IMG/VR virus record: IMGVR_UViG_3300010214_000037 | Location: 1 to 32,631 of that record | Strand: one strand, 5' to 3' | DNA from: a virus | Taxonomy: Duplodnaviria; Caudoviricetes | Length of the DNA stretch: 32,631 nucleotides | Shown: piece after piece, positions 8,641 to 15,333 of the stretch | How positions within the stretch are numbered: position 1 is the first letter of the stretch | Layout: each line of letters opens with the position of its first letter | Made by a program: the position numbers and the translations under genes | The notes under the pieces: model-generated | The model's input: only the letters and a program-made list of their open reading frames with translations | Told to the model about the DNA's origin: nothing | Databases searched by the model: none

Positions 8641-8933
8641 GGCTGCACCCCCGGCTCTTGAGGGGTGTTTGCAGCGTCGGCGTCGGGCTGGCCTGGCGCG
8701 ACCTGGAAGAGCTTTTTAGTGGCCCAGTCGTTGAAGCTGGTGTTAGCCACGCGGCAAGCCATCTGCACGCGCAGGGTGTCGATCGCAATCAGCGTGACCT
8801 GGATCTGGGTGCGCAGCTTGACCAGCAGATCGGTGACTGCGGGCTGCTGGGCTGCATCGTCTTCAAAGCCCGCGGCGAACCGCTCGGCCTGTTGTAGCGC
8901 CTCCAGCTGCGCTATCAATGGATCTAAAAACAT
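8637..8933 (-). CDS. First gene of the leftward early operon, helical hypothetical protein
   Basis: GGAGGT RBS just upstream of ATG; lies directly downstream of the PL-like promoter. Confidence 0.8.
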   Translation of the reverse strand: MFLDPLIAQLEALQQAERFAAGFEDDAAQQPAVTDLLVKLRTQIQVTLIAIDTLRVQMACRVANTSFNDWATKKLFQVAPGQPDADAANTPQEPGVQP

Positions 8934-8966
8934 AAAACCTCCGCAACCCGGAATGGGTTCGGAGGT
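8926..8966 (-). terminator. Hairpin plus U-tract overlapping the RBS/start of the first early gene
   Basis: Minus strand reads ACCTCCG-AACCC-attcc-GGGTT-g-CGGAGGT followed by TTTATGTTTTT. Confidence 0.6.
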
Positions 8967-8967
8967 G

Positions 8968-9010
8968 ATATTACTAAATGGTATTTATTTTAGCAATACC
9001 AAATGGTAAT
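8968..9010 (-). promoter_or_regulatory. PL-like sigma70 promoter with two repressor operators
   Basis: Minus strand TTGCTA(8996-8991)-17 bp-TAATAT(8973-8968). Operators TACTAAATGGTA (8972-8983) and TACCAAATGGTA (8997-9008). Confidence 0.8.
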
Positions 9011-9023
9011 TTTGGAGGATGGG

Positions 9024-9614
9024 TCAGACCCTCGATTCGTTGGGCGAGGGACACATAGATCGATCTGCCTGATAGTTCTGAAAGTGCTTGTCGGCGGATA
9101 AGAACTTTTCTTGCGCCAGGATGTCGCCCATCTTGGCGGGGTTCTGCATGAACACAAGCACGCCATCAATGGTGAGGTCCATGCCGGCGAGCAACTCATC
9201 CTTGCCACGAGTGAGGCAAGGGGGCACTGTCAGGTCTTTGGCGTCGCGCCGCACTGATTGAAGGGTGGCGATCGGGCCGGACAGAGCCATGCGGCTGCTG
9301 CTTGTGGCTACCTGGCGAGCGTCTTGCCAGCGGAGATAAAGATCGTCTGCTGCTTTGAGTGAAGTGGAGAGCGGATCTGCAGGTTTGGCCGCTTGAGCAG
9401 CCTGTTTTTCAAGTGCTGCGCGCTCAGCTTCTATTCGTTTGGCTTGTGCAGATTCCTCTGCACGCTGTGCTGCAATTTCTTGTTGGCGTGCCGTGCGCTC
9501 AGCACTTTTGCCGCGTTCATTGAAAAAGATCGCAGCACCCATTCCCAGAACTGCGACGATCAGGATGACCGCAATAAGGCTTAGCCCGTTTTGGGCGCAG
9601 CTGTGGTGTTTCAT
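9024..9614 (-). CDS. Membrane-anchored protein with type IV prepilin-like N-terminus; candidate superinfection exclusion factor
   Basis: 'QNG|LSLIAVILIVAVLGMGAAIFF', then a coiled coil and a helical domain with two Cys; GAGGA RBS; same strand and immediately downstream of the repressor. Confidence 0.75.
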   Translation of the reverse strand: MKHHSCAQNGLSLIAVILIVAVLGMGAAIFFNERGKSAERTARQQEIAAQRAEESAQAKRIEAERAALEKQAAQAAKPADPLSTSLKAADDLYLRWQDARQVATSSSRMALSGPIATLQSVRRDAKDLTVPPCLTRGKDELLAGMDLTIDGVLVFMQNPAKMGDILAQEKFLSADKHFQNYQADRSMCPSPNESRV

Positions 9615-9690
9615 CCTCTCCCTCTCTTGTTATTGATCCAGGCCTGGACGTTCGATGCGCCTGGCCGGGAACTGGTAAATACGCGCCGTT

Positions 9691-10155
9691 CTACGCGGCA
9701 GCGCTTTTAACTGCGTCTGTCTCCGCTCTGCGCTCCCATTTGATGAGTGTCGATTCCAGTAGTTCGTCCATGTCATCAATGGCATCAGCGAATCGCTGAG
9801 GGCCAAGGTGCTGACGTAGAGCCATCAGTCGTTCTGGCGAAACCTTGTGGAACGGCCAGGAAGGCCCGTAAACGGGTGTTGGCTCTGTAGCAGGGAGTGC
9901 TGATTTCTCGGACGCATCAGAGCGAGCATCTAGAAAGCCCGCAGGCATGTGCGCCTGCTTTTCTAGCGACCTTGCGCGCTTTTCTCCAAAAGATTTGCTG
10001 CGGAGCAACCCAGAAAGCTCGCCCTGGTTGATCTGCTTTTCGCCATCGTTTGTCGAGGCGATGAACTGCTTCTGGGAGCCGGCACAGCGTGTGTCGATCC
10101 AGAGTTTGAGCCTGCTGCGTCGGTTTGCGACGACTGGGTCTTCGGTGTCACTCAT
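9691..10155 (-). CDS. CI-like phage repressor (HTH domain, no S24 peptidase domain)
   Basis: 'RRSRLKLWID...SQKQF...QGELSGLL..KSFGEKRARSLEK..HMPAGFLD' phage repressor N-domain; divergent from the cro-like gene. Confidence 0.85.
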   Translation of the reverse strand: MSDTEDPVVANRRSRLKLWIDTRCAGSQKQFIASTNDGEKQINQGELSGLLRSKSFGEKRARSLEKQAHMPAGFLDARSDASEKSALPATEPTPVYGPSWPFHKVSPERLMALRQHLGPQRFADAIDDMDELLESTLIKWERRAETDAVKSAAA

Positions 10156-10180
10156 ATCGCCCTCGATTCTCCGGAGCGAT

Positions 10181-10235
10181 TACCGTTAAGTAAAACACCA
10201 AAAAGTATTGGTTTTGAAATACCAAATGGTAATAT
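10181..10235. promoter_or_regulatory. OR-like operator region and PR-like promoter
   Basis: AATACCAAATGGTAAT (10218-10233) is identical to 8995-9010. Weaker sites CACCAAAAAGTA (10196-10207) and TACCGTTAAGTA (10181-10192). TTGGTT-16 bp-TAATAT with TGn extension on the + strand. Confidence 0.8.
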
Positions 10236-10243
10236 GCGGGCTT

Positions 10244-10507
10244 ATGAAAAAGCTCCTCATCTACCTCAACGGCTTGTCCAGGCAGGAACAGGTCGATTTC
10301 GCACTGCGATGCGGCACCACTGTCGGATACATGCGCAAAGCCTGTTCGACGGGGGGGCTGCTTCGGGAAAAGGTGTGCGCGCTGGTTGAAATGAACTCTG
10401 CCGGTGCGGTGAAGCGCACCGAGTTGAGACCCGAAGACTGGATGGAGATCTGGCCCGAGTTGCTTGTCGCACAAGCTTCGCAGCAGGTGGAGACCGCCAA
10501 TGCATGA
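10244..10507 (+). CDS. Cro/YdaS-like transcriptional regulator (87 aa)
   Basis: 'FALRCGTTVGYMRK...GAVKRTELRPEDWMEIWPEL' is a Cro/YdaS pattern; ATG at 10244, divergent from the repressor. Confidence 0.88.
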   Translation: MKKLLIYLNGLSRQEQVDFALRCGTTVGYMRKACSTGGLLREKVCALVEMNSAGAVKRTELRPEDWMEIWPELLVAQASQQVETANA

Positions 10508-10748
10508 CGATCTGGAAACTCGCTTTGCCGCCTGGAGCCAGTCCAGGCGTTTTGTTGTGGCCGCGCCGGGAATCAGCTCGCAGCAGCCGTTGCCGCCCTG
10601 TGCAGATCGAGCAGCAGTGTCTCGGTCGCCAGGTCGCCGCGCTTCTCTTCCAGCTTCGCCAGCCGCGCTAGGTCGCTGGCAAAGGCTGCTTGCTTGTCTT
10701 CGGGCAGTTGTCGCACGGTTGCGAACACCAGGGCACCGAGGGCGTTGA
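10500..10748 (+). CDS. Possible small protein coupled to cro (82 aa)
   Basis: ATG overlaps the cro stop by 8 bp (ATGCATGA), but the distal part is antisense to 10573-10800. Confidence 0.35.
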   Translation: MHDDLETRFAAWSQSRRFVVAAPGISSQQPLPPCADRAAVSRSPGRRASLPASPAALGRWQRLLACLRAVVARLRTPGHRGR

Positions 10749-10800
10749 CGATGGCGTTCATTGATTCGGCGTTCATGGGCATTTGGGTTTCGTTGCTCAA
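10573..10800 (-). CDS. Small helical protein antisense to the rightward transcript (75 aa)
   Basis: GGAGGA RBS just upstream of TTG at 10800; amphipathic sequence 'NAIVNALGALVFATVRQLPEDKQAAFASDLARLA'. Confidence 0.65.
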   Translation of the reverse strand: MSNETQMPMNAESMNAIVNALGALVFATVRQLPEDKQAAFASDLARLAKLEEKRGDLATETLLLDLHRAATAAAS

Positions 10801-10860
10801 GGGTTCCTCCTGTTTTGATTTCGTGGGTACCTCGGGGCTTAGTACCCCCGGGGGCATTGT

Positions 10861-10897
10861 CCGTCACCAGGCAGCAGTGCCTGGTGGCGGTTTTTTT
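10861..10897 (+). terminator. Intrinsic terminator (tR1-like)
   Basis: 13-bp stem CCGTCACCAGGCA/TGCCTGGTGGCGG with one G-U pair, 4-nt loop, then T7. Confidence 0.85.
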
Positions 10898-10959
10898 GCG
10901 TGGATCACTCGGGTTGGTGTGCATGGGGCGAAGTTTTGCCGCCCTGCAATGGAAAGTCA

Positions 10960-11145
10960 TTCCGACGCGTTCCGAAAAAATCGGAACGTGTCGGAACCCT
11001 TTGCCTATAGAGCACGAATTTCGTGTCCCATTTTTCGTGATGCAAATCAAGGTTCTGCTATGCCTTTTTGCGTCGTGTTCGGCTTGCAGCTTGCGTTTGC
11101 GGGCATTCCAGGGGTGTTCCGAAAAAATCGGAACGCGTCGGAACC
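10960..11145. repeat. Two 30-bp direct repeats built from TTCCGA/TCGGAA half-sites
   Basis: GTTCCGAAAAAATCGGAACGYGTCGGAACC at 10969-10998 and 11116-11145 (29/30 identical). Confidence 0.9.
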
Positions 11146-11176
11146 TGTCAGCGCTCACTTACAAGAGGGCTAAACG

Positions 11177-11575
11177 ATGGAAATCGGCCTGGATTACGAA
11201 GACGAATTGGACGCAGCGCGGGAGGCGGTGCGCCATGCGGGTGGGCCTAAAAAGGTGGGGCCGCAGATGTTCCCCGACAAGTCTGTCGACGCTGCTGCGC
11301 GCTATCTGATGGATGCCCTGAACCCGGCACGCGCCGAGCGCCTGACGCCCTCGCAGGTGCTGATGCTGATGCGTATGTCGCGCGAGGCTGGCTTTCATGG
11401 CTTCGCAACCTGGTGGATGCGCCAGGCCGGCTACCAGGCCCCCGTGCCGATCGCTCCGGTGTCTGAGGCTGCTGTGATAGCGGACAGGATCGGCGTGCTG
11501 GTCCCGCAGCTGCAGGGTCTGCTGGTGCAGGCGCAGCGTCTGCAGCAGGCCAATCTGAAGGATGGGGCGGTCTGA
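11177..11575 (+). CDS. CII-like (CP76/YmfL-type) phage regulatory protein
   Basis: 'AVRHAGGPKKVGPQMFPDK...LMDALNPARAERLTPSQVLMLM' pattern, located between cro and the replication genes; GAGG RBS. Confidence 0.7.
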   Translation: MEIGLDYEDELDAAREAVRHAGGPKKVGPQMFPDKSVDAAARYLMDALNPARAERLTPSQVLMLMRMSREAGFHGFATWWMRQAGYQAPVPIAPVSEAAVIADRIGVLVPQLQGLLVQAQRLQQANLKDGAV

Positions 11576-12645
11576 TGGAGAACTACCAGGACGTGCTTAG
11601 CCAGATGGAGCTGTTCGGTATCGAGCTGCGCGACAAGGATCTCGCCCAACTGCCCTACAAGATCGACTGCGGAAAGCGCGTGACATGCGGCAAGGGTGGC
11701 AAGGACTGGTACAAGCTGTATCTGTTCCAGCCCAAGGATTCCTCCAAGAAGTGGGTTACGGGTACGTTTGGCACGTACCGCGCTGGCGGTGATTGGCGCA
11801 ACGTGATTGTGGATTGGGCCGAGCTGGGCGAGGAGGAGCGCGAACGCATGAAGGCGGAGCGCGAAGCCAAGAAGGCTGCAGCCGCCATCGAGCGCGCCAA
11901 GGAGATTGCGAACGCCAGTGCGGACGCCCTGACGATCTGGCGCAAGGCCGTGCCCACTCAGACCACGCCATACCTGGAGCGCAAGCAGGTCATCGGTGAG
12001 ACCTGCCGCATGCTCGATCAAAGCCTGACACTGCGCTGGCCCGCCAAGCACAAGGGCGAGGACGATACGGTCTGGACGCTGCCCGCCGGCACGCTGGTGC
12101 TGCCGCTGATGCGCTATGACATGCCGCGCGCCGAGGCGATGCGTGGCGTGCAGTTCATCAAGCCTGATGGCTCCAAGATCTACCTGCGCCAGTTTGACAA
12201 GCCAGGCTGCTGCATTCGCCTGGGTGAGATCGACGCCGAGACCGCGTTGATGCTGGTGGTGGAGGGCTATGCCACGGGCGGCACGGCCCGCCGCGCCACG
12301 GCCTACGCCTGGCCCGTTTTCGTGGCCATGGATGCCGGCAACCTGGCCCATGTGGTGCCGCTGTTGCGCGAGCTGTATCCCGAGACTCGCATCCTGATCC
12401 TGGCTGATGACGATTACCTCACGCGCGACAAGCGCACCGGCCAGCTAAATAACCCCGGTCGCACGGCTGCAAAGGCCGTGGCCCGCAAGACGGAGCGCTG
12501 CGACTTCGTCTGGCCTATTTTTCCCACGAACCGTGGTCCCAAGGACACGGACTTTAACGACCTGCATGTCCTGGAGGGGCTGGGCGCGGTGAGCGACCAG
12601 CTGATGGGCGTGATTCAGGAAATAACCAAGCACCATGGCCGATAA
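11575..12645 (+). CDS. TOPRIM-domain DNA primase (P4 alpha-like)
   Basis: PYLERK, 'LVVEGYATG', 'VAMDAGNL', 'ILADDD' and 'TDFNDL' motifs. Confidence 0.93.
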   Translation: MENYQDVLSQMELFGIELRDKDLAQLPYKIDCGKRVTCGKGGKDWYKLYLFQPKDSSKKWVTGTFGTYRAGGDWRNVIVDWAELGEEERERMKAEREAKKAAAAIERAKEIANASADALTIWRKAVPTQTTPYLERKQVIGETCRMLDQSLTLRWPAKHKGEDDTVWTLPAGTLVLPLMRYDMPRAEAMRGVQFIKPDGSKIYLRQFDKPGCCIRLGEIDAETALMLVVEGYATGGTARRATAYAWPVFVAMDAGNLAHVVPLLRELYPETRILILADDDYLTRDKRTGQLNNPGRTAAKAVARKTERCDFVWPIFPTNRGPKDTDFNDLHVLEGLGAVSDQLMGVIQEITKHHGR

Positions 12646-14302
12646 CGATACAGAGTTGAATGATGGCGGAGCGTTCGCGCCACCGCCGCCTGCGACCGAA
12701 GAGTCGCAGGCGTTGCCTGTCCCCGACGCGAAAGCGTCGCTGGATGGGTCTCCTGCTGCGGGCGAATCTGCAGCAGGGTCAGTTGTGCGCGTTGACTTTC
12801 AAGCAGGGGTGCGAGTGCCGGCCGAGGCCGGCGCACCCCCGCCCCCCGCCCCCCCGAAGAAGCGCGCTACTGCGCGCACCAAAGGGGATGGGGGGCGCGA
12901 GGAGGGTGACGGCGATACCGCTGAGAAGCCCGTACAGGGCCGTAAGAAGGAAAAGACCATTGATTGGGGCAAGTTCAACCATCTGGTTGAAAACTTCGCT
13001 CTGCTCTATGGCACAGACACGGTCTGGGACGACTCCGAGCGAATGATCATGAAGATCAGCAACATGGGGCATGCCCACGGCAGCCAGTTGGTGGCGATGT
13101 GGAAGGCCAGCGAGAAGCGCCGCACGATACGTGCCGATGAGCTGGTCTTCGATCCGACGATGAAATGCGACACAGAGCGCGTCATCAACATGTATGAGGG
13201 CATGGCGATGGTGCCGAAGAAGGGCAACGTGCAGCCCATGCTCGACTTGATCAAGTTCTTGGTGAGTCGGGCCACGTCTGATGAGCCCGAGACCGGCCTG
13301 GTGATGGAGTGGTTGATCCGCTGGCTGGCATACCCACTGCAGCACCCCGGTGCCAAGATGCGATCGTCCGTGGTGATGCATGGCGATGAGGGTGCCGGTA
13401 AGAATTTTCTGTTTGAGACCGTGGTGCAGATCTACGGCAAGTACGCCAGCATCGTTGGTCAGGATGAACTTGAAGACAAGTTCAATGACTGGCGCAGCTG
13501 CAAGCAGTTTGTCGTGGGCGATGAAATCATGAGCCGGTCCGAGCTGGTGCACAACAAGAACCGGCTCAAGGCCTTGATCACCTCGCCCACGGTGCAGATC
13601 AACTCCAAGCACCAGATCCGGCGTGAAGAGAAGAACCACATGAATATCGTGTTTCTCTCGAATGAAACGCAGCCTCTGGCCCTCGATAACACGGACCGGC
13701 GCTACCTGGTCGTGTACACGCCAAAGGCCAAAGAAGACCAGTACTACATCGACCTTGGCGAGTGGCGGGACAACGGCGGGGTTGAGGCCTTCTATGAATA
13801 CCTGTTGACATATCCCCTGGACGGATTCAGCCCTTACACGAAGCCGCCTATGACTGAGGCGAAGGGCAATCTGATCGGACTCAACCGCAAGAGTCCTGAG
13901 CGATTCTGGGCTGAATGGTCTGATGGCGAGCTGGATCTGCCGTATCGCTCTTGCTCGCGCTCTCAGGCCTATCGGGCTTACATCAAATGGTGCCAACGCA
14001 CAGGGGAGCGATTCCCGGATAACGAGACGAAATTCTCAAGCACTCTCACGCGCTTCTCAGACACGATGAACTCACCAGCTCGGATCAAGGTCATGAACGT
14101 GGCGCAGCCGGGGGCGGCAAGAAAGTCCCATCGCATGCTGTTGGTGGCTGAGCCTGTCTTAGGTGAGGGCCAAAGCAAGATGACCGAGGGCGCATGGGCC
14201 ACCAAGGCCGTGGAGTCGTTCGAGGGCGAGCTGCGCAAGTACCTGGGCTATGGAGCTGGCTCCCCGGCCCCTGATTCTGCTGCAGCAGAGGGGAATGAAT
14301 AA
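12635..14302 (+). CDS. SF3-type replicative helicase/NTPase (DUF5906/VirE-like)
   Basis: Walker A GDEGAGKN, Walker B VVGDE, sensor FLSN, arginine finger DRR; Pro-rich N-terminal linker. Confidence 0.92.
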   Translation: MADNDTELNDGGAFAPPPPATEESQALPVPDAKASLDGSPAAGESAAGSVVRVDFQAGVRVPAEAGAPPPPAPPKKRATARTKGDGGREEGDGDTAEKPVQGRKKEKTIDWGKFNHLVENFALLYGTDTVWDDSERMIMKISNMGHAHGSQLVAMWKASEKRRTIRADELVFDPTMKCDTERVINMYEGMAMVPKKGNVQPMLDLIKFLVSRATSDEPETGLVMEWLIRWLAYPLQHPGAKMRSSVVMHGDEGAGKNFLFETVVQIYGKYASIVGQDELEDKFNDWRSCKQFVVGDEIMSRSELVHNKNRLKALITSPTVQINSKHQIRREEKNHMNIVFLSNETQPLALDNTDRRYLVVYTPKAKEDQYYIDLGEWRDNGGVEAFYEYLLTYPLDGFSPYTKPPMTEAKGNLIGLNRKSPERFWAEWSDGELDLPYRSCSRSQAYRAYIKWCQRTGERFPDNETKFSSTLTRFSDTMNSPARIKVMNVAQPGAARKSHRMLLVAEPVLGEGQSKMTEGAWATKAVESFEGELRKYLGYGAGSPAPDSAAAEGNE

Positions 14303-14320
14303 GGCATGAACTCGATGAAG

Positions 14321-14580
14321 CGTTACAGCGTTACAGCAGGCCGTAACACGCAAACCCAGCACTGGCGCGGTTTGTTACGAGGTTACGCCGTTACGACCAC
14401 TGCGCGTAGGTATGTGCAGGCGTGCGCAGATGCGCACACACATGGGTGCGTGTGCAGGAGCGATACATGCGTAACGTCGTAACGTCGTAACAAGCTAGGC
14501 GTGGTGCGGGTTGTGTGGTTACGCGCGCCCGTAACGCTGTAACCACTTTGTTTATTTATTAAAAAAGAAAAGGAAAGAGA
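14321..14580. other. Probable replication origin: 12 mirror-arranged GTTAC/GTAAC iterons plus AT-rich tract
   Basis: Pentamers at 14322, 14330, 14343, 14374, 14382, 14390 and 14471, 14479, 14487, 14518, 14531, 14539; AT-rich tract at about 14547-14580; directly after the helicase gene. Confidence 0.75.
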
Positions 14581-14757
14581 GATGGAACTGACCCAGATCG
14601 CGACGGCCATGACAGCCGGCTCCGTGGTAGCGGCGCTGTCTACCCCCCTTGTAGGTACTCCTGCCGCATGGATTCATGAGGGTAATTCGGCCCCCGCGCG
14701 GACGCTAGTCGACGGTCTGGGGAAAAGTGAACGAAGTGGTGAACGCTGGGAGGCAAA

Positions 14758-15333
14758 GTGAACGGTCGAATCAATCTCATCTCGCAGGCGGAATACGCCC
14801 GCCGCCGTGGCGTCGCCAAGTCCGCAGTGGCGAAGGCAGTGAAAGAAGGCCGCATCACCCTGATCGATGGAAAGATCGACCCGGCAGTGGCCGATATCCA
14901 ATGGGCTCAGAACACCCGCGCTCGGGCCGATGCGGGCCGCCCAGCGAGCGAGCAGGCGGAAGGAAAGGGTGATGCACCCCAGGCCGCAAATAACGCGCCA
15001 CAGGCCCCGGATTCGGCTTCTACCGCCAAGGATGATTACCAGGCCCTGCGCGTGCGCCGCGAAATGGCGGCGGTGGAACGCGAGGAGCGCGAAAACGCCA
15101 AGGATGCCGGCCTGCTGGTGGATAAAAGTGCCGCCCGTCGCGGCACCTTCGACGCCTTTCGTGCTTTGCGTGATGACGTCATGAATGCGCCCCAGCGCGC
15201 GGCCCCGCGCGTCATCGGCCTGGCTGACACCCGTGAGATTGAGCACGTATTCCGCGAAGAGCTGCGCAAGGCCTTCGAGATCGCTGAGAAGCGGCTGCAG
15301 GCTCTACTACCCATCACCCCGGAGGCGAAATGA
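14758..15333 (+). CDS. terS: Terminase small subunit (Nu1-like)
   Basis: N-terminal wHTH 'ISQAEYARRRGVAKSAVAKAVKEGRI', coiled coil; ATGA overlap with the large subunit. Confidence 0.85.
   Translation: MNGRINLISQAEYARRRGVAKSAVAKAVKEGRITLIDGKIDPAVADIQWAQNTRARADAGRPASEQAEGKGDAPQAANNAPQAPDSASTAKDDYQALRVRREMAAVEREERENAKDAGLLVDKSAARRGTFDAFRALRDDVMNAPQRAAPRVIGLADTREIEHVFREELRKAFEIAEKRLQALLPITPEAK

Noticed and set aside
10969-11145. Palindromic 30-bp repeats as a minimal CRISPR array
   Set aside because: Only two copies, the 117-bp interval is far longer than a spacer, and there are no cas genes.
10148-11158. 336-aa minus-strand ORF across the control region
   Set aside because: Arg/Pro-rich, non-protein-like, and overlaps cro, operators and a terminator; its internal repeat merely reflects the DNA repeat.
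12836-12855. C-tracts as a phase-variation or G-quadruplex site
   Set aside because: They encode the poly-Pro linker of the helicase in an intact frame, and the runs are short and interrupted.
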